NCBI GenBank assembly: GCA_963822445.1
Contig: CAWGHO010000002.1
Location: 2,112,001 to 2,176,000 of the forward strand
DNA: 64,000 bases
Source: an uncultured Acidobacteriota bacterium
Lineage (GTDB): Bacteria; Acidobacteriota; Thermoanaerobaculia; Gp7-AA8
Reading direction: 5' to 3'
Positions within the stretch are counted from its first letter, which is position 1. Every line of letters starts with the position of its first letter. The notes under the pieces are model-generated. The model saw nothing but the letters and a program-made list of their open reading frames with translations. It did no database searches and had not been told where the DNA came from. Of the stretch, positions 31,678-42,065 are shown one piece after another. The translations under genes and the position numbers were made by a program.

Positions 31678-32357
31678 GGCGCACCGCCGTTCCCGGCGTC
31701 GCGCCGCGCCTTAAACCACGCCGCCGCGTCGTCGACATCCTCGAACTGCCCGTCACCGCCGAGTGCGCCAGCGATCGCGCGCAGGGCCCGCAGCGAATCG
31801 TCCTTGGCCACCTCCGCGCTTGCGTTGTCCGCGAGCCCCGTGATGATCTTTTCGATCTGCACCGCGAAAGCCTTTCCTTCCGTGGTCGCGGCCGCACTCT
31901 CGGCCGCACCTTTACGAGCCTCGCGAATCTCGTCCCGGCTGAGGAGGTTCGTGACTGCGTCGGCCACGACTTGACTTTCCGCGAATTGACCAAGCGTGTC
32001 GGTAACCGATTTCGCGTTCGTACTGAAGATCATCAGGAACGCACCGTTCGTCTCCGGCGCCAACGGAACAATCTTCTCGGTCGTGCCGGGCGCAGTCTGG
32101 TCGCCTAGGAAGATCTTCCTCACATCTCCGTCGCTTGTCGGTTTCAGTTCGTTAAAGAAAAGATCGACGGCGCGCTCATCGTAGTAGCCGGAGACGTAAC
32201 GCGAGCGTGTGAACGTGCTCGACCCGGTGATCGAGACCCGAAAGTAGTTGACAGGCTTCCCGCTGAGAGTGTCGAGGGATCGAAAGTAGTGCGTTTCTTT
32301 GAAGGTTGAGCACCCCGCGAAGAGAAGGGCGACTATACCGGCGACGGTTATTCGCAT
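31674..32357 (-). CDS. C18: putative lipoprotein
   Basis: FAGC lipobox; AGGAGG RBS. Confidence 0.8.
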   Translation of the reverse strand: MRITVAGIVALLFAGCSTFKETHYFRSLDTLSGKPVNYFRVSITGSSTFTRSRYVSGYYDERAVDLFFNELKPTSDGDVRKIFLGDQTAPGTTEKIVPLAPETNGAFLMIFSTNAKSVTDTLGQFAESQVVADAVTNLLSRDEIREARKGAAESAAATTEGKAFAVQIEKIITGLADNASAEVAKDDSLRALRAIAGALGGDGQFEDVDDAAAWFKARRDAGNGGAP

Positions 32358-32504
32358 GACGGCCTCCTTGTCGGACCATCTATGGAGAGCCGCGAGGGCG
32401 GGTTTTCCCTACCCACTCTCGAGAAAATCGCCGTTCTCGATCACGCGATAACGTCCCTATGGCACGGTCACCTACCGATGCGGTCCTCATGTTCCACCCG
32501 GGCT

Positions 32505-32701
32505 GGCTAACTACTGCCAGGAGCTGCCGCGGCCCGGCTTCGGTCCGCCGGCCGAGCCGGCTGCTGTTTCGCCAGCGTGACGGCGTCACGGCGGTTGCAG
32601 GTCGGCAGGCGTTGCATGCAACTTCTCGCCGGCAACCGCCGCGCCGCTCCAGCTTCGGCACGTGGGCCCTGGCCGCGCAGCTCAGGCGATAGACGTTCGG
32701 C
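32505..32701 (+). repeat. attC 18 (family C)
   Basis: GGCTAAC...GTTCGGC. Confidence 0.9.
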
Positions 32702-33198
32702 GGACTGGCTTTTCAGTTTATCCCCAGCGCGAAGCGATGGGGATCTACGGTCACACTCGGGAGACCGTAAGCCAAAGTCGCTGAACGAGAGCCGAGCGAT
32801 TAGCGAGCAAACCATCAAGCCGTTCTACTCATCGTGCAGAAATTGAGGGTGACCTTACTACCGCTATAAACATCCTCTCCTGGTTGTAGCGTTTGTTCCG
32901 GTTTGGGCTGGCGTTAGAGCAGGCTTACGAGAAGCACGAGTGCTTCTCGTAAGCCTGCCTAACGCCAGCCGCGATCGAACGAATCGCAACATCCCGCCCG
33001 GCTGGCTTCTCTCAGCTGCGACGCAAACGACTGTTAAACGCCCTCAGCCAGACCGGCCGGCGTCGCCAGGTGCATGCGGATGTGGACCTCAGCACCAATC
33101 GCGCCGCTGCAACGGTGTCCAGCCGTCACGTGACGTGGAGGCGAAACGTTGAACCGACACTCCATAGGAATGGTCAACGCAAGAAATCGCCGCCGAAC
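32695..33198. other. C19: ORF-less cassette with a 65-nt near-perfect hairpin (32906-32970)
   Basis: No credible ORF; ggctggcgttag[a]gcaggcttacgagaagca / tgcttctcgtaagcctgcctaacgccagcc. Confidence 0.65.
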
Positions 33199-33391
33199 TA
33201 CTGCCAGGAGCTGTCGGCGGGCCGTTCGCCGCGCCCGGCGCTGAAGCGCCTCGTGAAGCGCGAGATGGGCCGGCGGCACGCCGGCCGACATGCTCTCGCG
33301 CCGCTGATCGCGGCGCGAACACTGCAGCCGTCGCGCCGCGCACCCGCTCGCACGTGGGGCCTCGCCGCAGCTCAGGCGATAGACGTTAGGC
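33192..33391 (+). repeat. attC 19 (family A)
   Basis: GCCGAAC...GTTAGGC. Confidence 0.9.
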
Positions 33392-33405
33392 GGACAGGGA
33401 TTACG

Positions 33406-34176
33406 TCACTTATATCCGGCGAGGTGCAGCAAATCATCAACCGTTACGCGCAATCCAGAACGAAGCTGGTCGATGTCCTGTTTCGTCGCTTCGTAACGAC
33501 GGTTGTGAGCGGCTCGATCGCCAAGTTTCTTAATTTCGGGAAGCTCTCGCTTGGTCTCGCGCTGTAATTGCCAATGGGTCTGCTTGAGAACTGCTGTGAT
33601 CAATCCTGACAGCATCAAGTAGTCACCGTCTTTCTTGATCTCAGCTTCCTTGCCATGTTTCTCGTACACATCAATGATAAGGTTCTCGATCAACTTCCGA
33701 ATCATCACCGATGACGCGTCAAACCACCTACGTTCGTAGCAGCCGTTTGCTTGCATCAGCGACCGTTGAAGATACGTGGGTGCCTTTGCAAGCACGGCAG
33801 CCAGCAATACCATTTCGGACGAAGGCTGCTGCGGAGCCGTTAGGTTCTGAATATTAGGCAGGATCTCAGTCTCGCAAATCAGACGTACCTGCTTGTTAGC
33901 ATCAATGCGTGCCCGCTCGGAGGTGGTCGTAGATTTCAGTGTCGTTAGGTGCTGCCGTAGCGGTGTAACATCGAATCCGTCGATCGTGGTGATTAGCGGT
34001 ATGACGAGCTTCTCGACCGTCGTGAGCTTAACAACCGCATCGTGAAACTTCTCTCCGTAAGCACCAGTGCCCGTCAGCGATTTTCGGTTCCGCAGCGCCG
34101 TCTGCGCAATCTGCGCCAGGGCATTGCTGCCAGTCACGATCGCGGTAACCAGCTGTGTCGCGCGCGCTTCGTCCAT
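33406..34176 (-). CDS. C20: DUF4145-like HEPN protein
   Basis: QANGCYE...ASSVMIRKLIENLII...LGDRAAHNRRY. Confidence 0.75.
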   Translation of the reverse strand: MDEARATQLVTAIVTGSNALAQIAQTALRNRKSLTGTGAYGEKFHDAVVKLTTVEKLVIPLITTIDGFDVTPLRQHLTTLKSTTTSERARIDANKQVRLICETEILPNIQNLTAPQQPSSEMVLLAAVLAKAPTYLQRSLMQANGCYERRWFDASSVMIRKLIENLIIDVYEKHGKEAEIKKDGDYLMLSGLITAVLKQTHWQLQRETKRELPEIKKLGDRAAHNRRYEATKQDIDQLRSGLRVTVDDLLHLAGYK

Positions 34177-34179
34177 GGG

Positions 34180-34734
34180 TCAAGCTGAGAAATACAGCCA
34201 CTGATCGTCGCCGCCACGCTCACGCCGAAGGATCTCTTGTTTGGTCAACGCAATCAGAATCGGGCTAAGCTCATTGCTTTTGAACGTGTGACCCTTCCGG
34301 CTCAGCGCCTCCCGGATGTCGCCAATCGTGCGTCGCTCGGAAAAGAAACCTTCGCTTTTCAAACGGGTGAGTAGCTCCGTCTGGGCACCCCCAGAACGTC
34401 GCGGTCGTCGCGATAGCGGTGAACTGTCCGCGTTGCCGGCGGCGCTTTCGCCCTCCGTACCATTGCCCGATACGACATCGGCTTCCAGAATCGATGGATC
34501 GATGCCCTCCACCTTCCTGGTGCGGCGACGCCGACGTCGGCCTGGTGCGACCTCTATCGATGGCGATACGGTCGCTTGCGGGCTCGACGAAATTAATCTG
34601 TTCTGTGCCGACGCCAGCGAGTTTATCGCACCCGTAATTTGGCTGTGCATCCGCTCTGCGGTCTGAATGTCACCTTCGAACTTGACAGTCAGTTCCTTCA
34701 ATGAGATTTCAAACTTGACGCTACGACTGGCCAT
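34180..34734 (-). CDS. C20: hypothetical protein with a C-terminal winged-HTH-like domain
   Basis: N-terminal VKFEG; C-terminal EGFFSERRTIGDIREAL...LSPILIAL. Confidence 0.7.
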   Translation of the reverse strand: MASRSVKFEISLKELTVKFEGDIQTAERMHSQITGAINSLASAQNRLISSSPQATVSPSIEVAPGRRRRRRTRKVEGIDPSILEADVVSGNGTEGESAAGNADSSPLSRRPRRSGGAQTELLTRLKSEGFFSERRTIGDIREALSRKGHTFKSNELSPILIALTKQEILRRERGGDDQWLYFSA

Positions 34735-34897
34735 ATCAACAATTATCGCGCACCGCCGATGTGGGCGATGGCGCTCCTCCTTCGATTGCCTAACAACCGA
34801 ACGCCACCGGATATTCGCGAGAGCTGCGAATCTACCGTTTGTAGATTTGCCATCACAGACGCGAGTCATGGTTTCGCGTTTTTGCGTAGAACAAGCC

Positions 34898-35094
34898 GCC
34901 TAACTCCTGCCAGCACCTGTCAGCGGCCCGTTTGCCGCTCCCGGGGCTGAAGCCCCTCTTGCATGCCGAGATGCGCGACGTCATCCCGCTTGCAGATCCC
35001 ATCGCGTTCTTTGAACTTAATCGCGGCAAGCGGGCTGCCGTCTGCGCCGCCCGCGCGTGGGGGCTCGCTGCAGGTGAGGCGACCAACGTTAGCC
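34898..35094 (+). repeat. attC 20 (family B)
   Basis: GCCTAAC...GTTAGCC. Confidence 0.9.
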
Positions 35095-35280
35095 GGATGT
35101 GGCTCACGTTCACCGGATGCAAGCTTCCTATGAATCTATGACGCTCCCTAGTGTCACCGGACGCCGTGTGTCACGCCGGTCGTCCCGGGTGCTCGTGGTC
35201 CGGCGCTCGTGGGAGCAGAGTCTCATTGGTGTCTTCCGCGTCCGAAGTGCGTGGCGCGACCGGAACGAGTTATGCTAGCC

Positions 35281-35499
35281 ATGATGGACCCGAAGCAGAT
35301 CGTGCATTCTGACCCAGAGATCGTGAGCGGCACGCCGGTCTTCGTCGGAACGCGGGTTCCGGCGCAAGCGTTGCTGGACTATCTCGAGGGGGGCGAGACG
35401 ATCGATGAGTTTCTCGACGACTTTCCCAGCGTCTCTCGCGAGCAGGCTGTGGCATTTCTGGAGGAGGCAGGGCGAGCGTTGTTGGCCCACATCGCGTGA
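35281..35499 (+). CDS. C21: DUF433 antitoxin
   Basis: DPEIVSGTPVFVGTRVP...FLDDFP. Confidence 0.9.
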   Translation: MMDPKQIVHSDPEIVSGTPVFVGTRVPAQALLDYLEGGETIDEFLDDFPSVSREQAVAFLEEAGRALLAHIA

Positions 35500-35822
35500 G
35501 GCGTGTTCTGCTCGATGAGAACCTGCCGCGAAAGCTACGCCGCGACCTGAATGAGTTCTCAGTTCGCACTGTCCAGGAAGAGAATTGGACGAGTTTCACG
35601 AACGGCGAACTGCTCGTTCGTGCACAAGATCGGTTCGACGTCCTGTTGACTGCGGATCGCCGCCTTCAGTTTCAGCAGAATCTTGCGCGCTTCAATATCG
35701 GTGTTGTCGTCATTCTCACGGTGAGTCTCCAATATCGACACATTCAGCAATCAATTGAAGCGATTCGTGCGGCGCTCGCGGCTGCCAAGCCGGGCGAACT
35801 GCTCCACGTGCAAGTTCCATAG
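35496..35822 (+). CDS. C21: DUF5615/PIN-like toxin
   Basis: VLLDENLP...NGELL...LLTADR..QQN. Confidence 0.85.
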   Translation: MRRVLLDENLPRKLRRDLNEFSVRTVQEENWTSFTNGELLVRAQDRFDVLLTADRRLQFQQNLARFNIGVVVILTVSLQYRHIQQSIEAIRAALAAAKPGELLHVQVP

Positions 35823-35877
35823 GCCGCCAACGATAACCAGCACGTGGAACTCGACGAAGAGGGTAGTGGCCTGCACC

Positions 35878-36076
35878 GGCTAACTACTGCCAGGAGCTGT
35901 CGGCGGGCCGTTTGCCGCGCCCGGCGCTGAAGCGCCTCGTTCGGCGTTGAATGGCCGGCGGCACGCCGGCCGACATGCTCTCGCGCCGCTGACCGCGGCG
36001 CGAACACTGCAGCCGTCGCGCCGCGCACCCGCTCGCACGCGGGGCCTCGCCGCAGCTCAGGCGATAGACGTTAGGC
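35878..36076 (+). repeat. attC 21 (family A)
   Basis: GGCTAAC...GTTAGGC. Confidence 0.9.
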
Positions 36077-36142
36077 GGACGAAGGAATCGTACGTCGCGC
36101 CGCAACAGATCCGGTTCAACTCGAACCAGACGCCGCGATGCG

Positions 36143-36760
36143 ATGCCTATCTGCCGGCAACGTATGATCTTGCCAGTGGACAACGAACATTCGACAACTG
36201 CAGAATTGAACCAGGACCGGGTTAGTCGGCAAGTGCTAAGATTGATTGTGTTCAAACGAACGGATTTCGTCTGCGGATTCGTCACGGTGATAACCTTGGC
36301 CGGAGCCACGCTGTCGTCATGCCAACCGGCGCGACGAGACATTGGCACAAGTCGTAAGTCGTTCAACGTTTACGATGATGGTGCGACCGTAGTAGCTGAG
36401 GGTTCATGGCATCGGTTGACCGGCCAGCGATCGGTGCTAATTCCAAAAGTGAATACCGTACGGGTTGAGTGTTGGCGTCAGATTGGTTACTGCGAAGAGT
36501 ACATTGCAAAGCTGATCACGCCTGAGGACTCACCAGATGTTGAGATCGAGGGTACAGTACTGTTCCTGATGAAAGAGCAGTACCCGATAGTTGAATGGAC
36601 AGACACTACGATCGTGGCTCGTGCTGGGCCGCGTGCGGCAGACATCGAACTCCGGCTCTCGCTCGTCGACAAGAGCCTTGAGAGAACCTCGCGAGAGACT
36701 GGAGCACGCGGTGCCGAAGGCGCAAACCCTACGGCGGTGGAGCACTGGATCCTTAAGTGA
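36143..36760 (+). CDS. C22: hypothetical protein, possible lipoprotein (true start probably downstream)
   Basis: Only long ORF in the cassette; LSSC after a hydrophobic stretch. Confidence 0.55.
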   Translation: MPICRQRMILPVDNEHSTTAELNQDRVSRQVLRLIVFKRTDFVCGFVTVITLAGATLSSCQPARRDIGTSRKSFNVYDDGATVVAEGSWHRLTGQRSVLIPKVNTVRVECWRQIGYCEEYIAKLITPEDSPDVEIEGTVLFLMKEQYPIVEWTDTTIVARAGPRAADIELRLSLVDKSLERTSRETGARGAEGANPTAVEHWILK

Positions 36761-36888
36761 GCGACGCCTAGACCCACGCCTCGTTTTTCGCGTTGGAGAT
36801 CTTGCGGCAGCTAGCGCTTGGGCAACGACGCAAGTCGGCGACGGCGTCTGGTGCCGGCCCCGAACATGAGTCTTTAGCTATTGCCGCC

Positions 36889-37076
36889 GCCTAACTACTG
36901 CCAGAAGCTGGCGGCGGGCCGTTTTCCGCGCTCGGCGGCCGAGCCGCCTACCGGGTCCCGAGATGCGCGGCGTCACGCCGCTTGCAACCGCGTAAACGTC
37001 AAATGCGGCAAGCGGCGTGCCGCTCCTCCCGCTCGCACGTGGGGCCTCGCCGCAGCTTAGGCGATAGACGTTAGCC
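36889..37076 (+). repeat. attC 22 (family B)
   Basis: GCCTAAC...GTTAGCC. Confidence 0.9.
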
Positions 37077-37095
37077 GGACCGAAGCGATGCGTGG

Positions 37096-37923
37096 TTGAA
37101 GCGAACAATAGACCGGCGTATTCGTGCGATGCTGCAGTGCACGCTGGCCTGCTCCGGTTCGACCGCAGTGTTATCTTCGTTACGACCGACCGTGAGCAAA
37201 CATCCAGTCGCGAACGAGCAGGAGATTTCTTTGCCGACATGGCACCTCAGGAAGTGGCATGTGCCGTCGTGGTGGATCACCGGTTTGGTGCTTCTCCTGT
37301 GTGTCGCGCAGCCGTTGCAAGCGTGCTCTTGCGGTGACCGCCCAAAGGCCGCGAAGGTCTTGTCATCTCACGCTGTATTTGACGGGACGGTCGTGTCCTC
37401 TCGACCCTTCATCGATCGATCAGACGACTACTGGTACGTGCTCGAGGAATGGACGTTTCAGGTGCATAGGAGTTGGACACAAGGAGTCCAAGGCGATGTC
37501 GCTATTCGTGCCTATCCGCATAACTGTGGCGTCTGGTTTGAGAACGGTGAGCGCGCAATTGTTGTCGCTGTCAATCGCGAAAGGCGCACACTCGGTGCGT
37601 TCAAGTGTGCCTATCCTCGCGAGAATGTTGACGTGTTGAACGCGGACCGTCTGTAGGGGCCGGCTTCGTTCCGCACCGACGGCCCGGTACGGAAAAGGAG
37701 AATCGCGCGTATCGTTAATGTGGCTCGGCGCTTGGTTCTTCACCTCATCGCGGATATCCACAACTGGATCGTTCGCTCCGGTCTTCGTGGCCGCGGCTAC
37801 GGCACTGTCATTGCTTGGGCGATAGCGACATGCGTGCTCTTCGCTATCTTGGTCGTCATTCTATCGTTTCGGCGACTGCGAGGTCGCGACAAGAATGAGC
37901 CGCCTTCCATGGCAGCCGGCTAA
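37096..37923 (+). pseudogene. C23: secreted CSC-motif (TIMP/NTR-like) protein with C-terminal TM, interrupted by an in-frame TAG at 37654
   Basis: ORFs 37096-37656 and 37720-37923 are in the same frame with no other stop between; ACSC, VFDGTV and CG motifs. Confidence 0.6.
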
Positions 37924-38117
37924 CTACTGCCAGGAGCTGTCGGCGGGCCGTTCGCCGCGCCCGGCGCTGAAGCGCCTCGTTCAGCGTGGACTGGCCGGCG
38001 GCACGCCGGCCGACATGCTCTCGCGCCGCTCGTCGCGGCGCGAACACTGCAGCCGTCGCGCCGCGTGACCCGCTCGCATGCGGGGCCTCGCCGCAGCTCA
38101 GGCGATAGACGTTAGGC
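37918..38117 (+). repeat. attC 23 (family A)
   Basis: GGCTAAC...GTTAGGC. Confidence 0.9.
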
Positions 38118-38184
38118 CGTCCTGTCCACAACGCTACGCGTCCTTCGGGCTTTCGGATGATCTCTATCATTGACGCGATCTGCG

Positions 38185-38521
38185 CGTATCCCCCTCGCAG
38201 TTGACGACATCGCAAGCTTGCGGGCCGCGAGCAGCAAGACGCGCCTCCCGCATGCCCAGGTGTGCAGGCGGTCCTTCACACCCGCCCGCCACGCGCGGTA
38301 GACCGCCTGCACACCTGGGCATCACAACCGCCCGGCGCACGCTCGTCGCGGCCCTGATTTCACGCGCCGCCCACCCTCGCGCGTCGAACTCACGAATGCG
38401 TCCGTGTCACGGCGGTTGCACGTCGCTCCCGCCGATCGGTCGTTAGTCGCGGCAACCGCCGCGCCACGGTGGGGAGCGTGAATTCGACGCACTTCCACCC
38501 CGGTTGCGCTGCTCCCACCCC
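38185..38521. ncRNA. Structured non-coding element X, copy 1 (in C24)
   Basis: Four dispersed copies; perfect 22-bp stem 38252-38273/38301-38322; RNA versus ssDNA nature not established. Confidence 0.6.
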
Positions 38522-38611
38522 GCTCAATCGTTAGCCCGACCAAGAAGAATATGCGAGACGTGTCCCTCCAACCCATAGCACGGGCACCGAAGAGATGCGG
38601 AGGAAAAAGCA

Positions 38612-38896
38612 ATGCCATACACAGCAAAGCAACTTGCGAAGGAAGTGGCAAGCGATCCAGCGCTTGCTGCGAGGATCCAGCAGAACCCGGCGCAGGAAAT
38701 CGCAAATGCGGCAACGCCGCCGCCGCTGAGCGAAGCGACATACAAGATCGTCGTCATCATCCTTGGGCTGGCACTGCTCATCGCGCTTGGCGCTGCCATC
38801 TACCTGAAAGGCGATGTGTCCGATTTCATCGTCGCGGTAGGCTCCGGCGCACTGGGAGCACTCGCCGGCCTTCTGGCTCCGTCGCCAACACAGTAG
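38612..38896 (+). CDS. C24: small 2TM membrane protein
   Basis: GGAGG RBS; two hydrophobic segments. Confidence 0.75.
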   Translation: MPYTAKQLAKEVASDPALAARIQQNPAQEIANAATPPPLSEATYKIVVIILGLALLIALGAAIYLKGDVSDFIVAVGSGALGALAGLLAPSPTQ

Positions 38897-38968
38897 GGCG
38901 GTACCAGCGCTCCAGACGCGTCGTCGGGGTCGTTGATCTACTCCGGTGGCGTGCTACCGTGCGTAAGT

Positions 38969-39277
38969 GTGAGTCGCAAGAGCCTCAGTCTGCTCGCTCT
39001 CCTTCTTCTTACCACCTGCGCTACAACGCCCGATTTGAAGAGTCGCATGGACGCGCTGATCGGGAGAAACATTTCAGACGTCATAGCGGAACGCAAGGTG
39101 TACCCCGACTCGTCAGACGTGCTGCCGAATGGCAACACCGTTTACCGGTTCGCGTCCGGCTCCGGGGGAACGGTTGATCGGTACGGCAACGTCACATCAA
39201 ACGTTTGTAGGGTCTGGTTAGAGTCGAGGCCCGACGGAATTATCGTGAGGTACCGGTACGAGAATTGCCGAGATTAA
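38969..39277 (+). CDS. C24: small putative lipoprotein
   Basis: LLLTTC signal; candidate -10 TACCGT 8 nt upstream. Confidence 0.6.
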   Translation: MSRKSLSLLALLLLTTCATTPDLKSRMDALIGRNISDVIAERKVYPDSSDVLPNGNTVYRFASGSGGTVDRYGNVTSNVCRVWLESRPDGIIVRYRYENCRD

Positions 39278-39315
39278 ACCGCAAACCGTCGTTTCATAGC
39301 TGTTTTTGCATCGCG

Positions 39316-39514
39316 GCCTAACTACTGCCAGAAGCTGGCACGGCCCGGCTTCGGTCCGGCGGCCGAGCCGCCTCGGCCGAACAGTACCGTCGCGGGCGTC
39401 ACGCTAGCTGCAGGTCGCTCCCGCCGAGTGAATCGTTAGTCGCGGCAGCTAGCGTGCCGCGACGGCTTCGGTACGTGGGCCTTGGCCGTGCAGCTTAGGC
39501 GATAGACGTTAGCC
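39316..39514 (+). repeat. attC 24 (family C/D hybrid)
   Basis: GCCTAAC...GTTAGCC. Confidence 0.9.
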
Positions 39515-39534
39515 GGACCGAATATCATCATCGA

Positions 39535-40665
39535 ATGGAACGTCACATTCTCCACCGCCTTCTGTTAGCCAAGTTCTTCATTCAAGACGCCCAGCGCGCG
39601 GCGAAAACGAGCAGCAACGACTTGGCTCTTTCTCGCGTTGTAGTGCATCTTCACGACGCAATCGATAACCTGCTCGGTGCCGTGGCGACGCAACGGCAAG
39701 TTCGTGTCGGCGCGCGCGACGCGATGATGGATGTATTCGCGAAGCTCACGACGGCAGGTCATCTCTCCGTTGGCCGCACAGAACTGGAACAGCTAAATGC
39801 CATGCGAAATGCGATCAAGCACCATGGCGTGCCTCAGAATGCCGCAGCGGTGATCGCCCTACTGCCTGCTCTTAACGACTTCAGCAGTAAGCTGTCAGTA
39901 GAAACGTTTGGTGTTTCCCTCGAAGCCGTCAGTTTGGCCGACCTGATCGAAGACGAGACCACACGAGATGAACTTGGGGCCATTCAAGGCCTGATCAGCA
40001 CTGGCGATTTCAAAACAGCTCTCGATAAGCTTGGCCTCTTACGCTTTCAGCGTCTTCAGGCCCACAGCCTACGGATGATCGCCGTCCTAAAGAAGCACAT
40101 GCAAAAGCTCGAGCTTCGTGATCAGGTGCTGGTCTTTCCCAAAGAAGATCGCGCTGAGACCAAGCTCGAATGCCTGGAATTGGGTATAAACCCAGACGAA
40201 CTTACTCGCTTTGAATGGCTCACGCCCAAGTACGGCTATCGGGATATGGAGACCGAGACGCTCATAGCAAAGCGTGAGGGTCTCTTCTGGCATCACCGTA
40301 ACTGGACCTTTGAGAACGCTATGTTTTGCTTCAACTTTCTTGTGAGCTATTTTGCCGCGAAGCAGAGAACACCGTACACGTCTTCGGTGTATCGGCGCGA
40401 CTTCAAACTGAACGAGATCGCATTCATCCGGCCATCGAATCTCGTGAGCCATGACGGAACGGTCCGCCGCGCGTATCTGGCAGGTGAGTGTGTCAATTGC
40501 TGGTCGATGGACCTTGTGGATGGGGAGTGGCAAAACCACGACGAGGCAACCGCGCGCGTGCGCATCTACGAAGTTGACGGCTCGACGATTGACGGACATG
40601 TTGTGAAAGCCGACGTTACCGTCGGGCCTGACTTCGAGGAGATGTTCGATCAACCCGCCGGCTAA
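39535..40665 (+). CDS. C25: HEPN-like domain protein
   Basis: LHDAIDNLL...LNAMRNAIKHHG (RxxxxH). Confidence 0.7.
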   Translation: MERHILHRLLLAKFFIQDAQRAAKTSSNDLALSRVVVHLHDAIDNLLGAVATQRQVRVGARDAMMDVFAKLTTAGHLSVGRTELEQLNAMRNAIKHHGVPQNAAAVIALLPALNDFSSKLSVETFGVSLEAVSLADLIEDETTRDELGAIQGLISTGDFKTALDKLGLLRFQRLQAHSLRMIAVLKKHMQKLELRDQVLVFPKEDRAETKLECLELGINPDELTRFEWLTPKYGYRDMETETLIAKREGLFWHHRNWTFENAMFCFNFLVSYFAAKQRTPYTSSVYRRDFKLNEIAFIRPSNLVSHDGTVRRAYLAGECVNCWSMDLVDGEWQNHDEATARVRIYEVDGSTIDGHVVKADVTVGPDFEEMFDQPAG

Positions 40666-40858
40666 CTACTGCCAGCACCTGTCGGCGGGCCGTTCGTCGC
40701 GCCCGGCGGCCGAGCCGCCTACACCGCTCCGAGACGCACGGCGTCACGCCGCTTGCAGATCGCGCCCGCCGATTGAATCGTTAGTTGCGGCAAGCGGCGC
40801 GCCGCTTTCGCCGCTCGCACGCGGGGCCTCGCCGCAGGTGAGGCGATAGACGTTAGCC
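40660..40858 (+). repeat. attC 25 (family B)
   Basis: GGCTAAC...GTTAGCC. Confidence 0.9.
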
Positions 40859-41014
40859 CGACCTGAAGGGAGGACCTCGGTTTGGCTTGTCTCAATCATC
40901 GACCGGCATACTCGAGTCGCGTCGATGACTCTTGCGGCGCGGACACGCGAAGTGCATGCTACATACCTTTCACGCTCTGTCTGCCCGTCCGAACGAAGTG
41001 AAGGAGGAGGACCG

Positions 41015-41347
41015 ATGCCGTTCTACCTAACGCAATTCAGCTACACGCCAGCGACATGGGCGAGACTGATCAAGAGTCCGGAAGATCGTCGAGTGGCAGC
41101 CACACAGTACATCGAAGCAGTCGGGGGAAAGTTGCACGGATTTTGGTATGCCTTCGGCGGACACGACGCATACATCCTGTGGGAGGCCCCCGATAACGTG
41201 TCGATGGCAGCTACTGCGCTCGCGATCAGCGCTGGTGGGGCGCTTAGTTCCTTTGAGACGACCGTCTTGCTTACGGTTGAGGAAACACTTGCAGCCATGC
41301 AAAAGGCCTCATCGATCGCGTATTGGCCACCGGGCGAAAAAGGATAG
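41015..41347 (+). CDS. C26: GYD-domain protein
   Basis: YLTQFSYT...PEDRR...GGKLHGFWYAFGGHD; GGAGG RBS. Confidence 0.85.
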   Translation: MPFYLTQFSYTPATWARLIKSPEDRRVAATQYIEAVGGKLHGFWYAFGGHDAYILWEAPDNVSMAATALAISAGGALSSFETTVLLTVEETLAAMQKASSIAYWPPGEKG

Positions 41348-41473
41348 AAGCGAATAGACAGCAACTGAAATCCGGCAGAGTGATCACGATATGACCTGCC
41401 ATTCAAACCGGATTCTTACGCGTGGTAATCTCTGCGTCGGCTACATTCCGCCACTCCATAGTACAATTGGTGG

Positions 41474-41659
41474 GTGAGTGACGATCGAGGACGCAATTTC
41501 GGTGGTGGCGCCATTGCCGCGGCACTCGTCGTAGGAACAGCCGCGGTAATTCTTGCTGTCGTTAGTAGCATCTCGCTGCGTTTTGAGGCTGCAGCGGTAG
41601 CATTGTTGGCGGCTGCCGTCGCGTTCGTCGGTGTTTCTCACGCTATCTTTCGAGACTGA
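41474..41659 (+). CDS. C26: small 2TM protein
   Basis: Two hydrophobic helices; TACAAT 6 nt upstream. Confidence 0.55.
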   Translation: MSDDRGRNFGGGAIAAALVVGTAAVILAVVSSISLRFEAAAVALLAAAVAFVGVSHAIFRD

Positions 41660-41704
41660 GGTAGTAGGCGACGATTGCGCCGACGATTGCGCCGCGAGCC
41701 CGCG

Positions 41705-41902
41705 GGCTAACTACTGCCAGGAGCTGTCGGCGGGCCGTTTGCCGCGCCCGGCGCTGAAGCGCCTCGTGAAGCGTTGATTGGCCGGCGGCACGCCGGCCGA
41801 CATGCTCTCGCGCCGCTGATCGCGGCGCGAACACGGCAGCCGTCGCGCCGTGAACCGCACGCACGCGGGGCCTCGCCGCAGCTCAGGCGATAGACGTTAG
41901 GC
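41705..41902 (+). repeat. attC 26 (family A)
   Basis: GGCTAAC...GTTAGGC. Confidence 0.9.
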
Positions 41903-42065
41903 CGACTCGACACTACGCAGACACACACATGGAAAGGCACCCTTAGGTGGGAATTCAGCGCGCTGCTCGCCATTTTACGACGAACGACTAGCCTCGCCAG
42001 AAGCCGCGCGGCCTAGGATTCCTTGGGTAGGGAAGTCGCCGTCCCGAGCACTCCTAAGATACGGA

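Noticed and set aside
41669-41692. 12-bp tandem duplication cgacgattgcgc
   Set aside because: Isolated intergenic slippage with no evident function.
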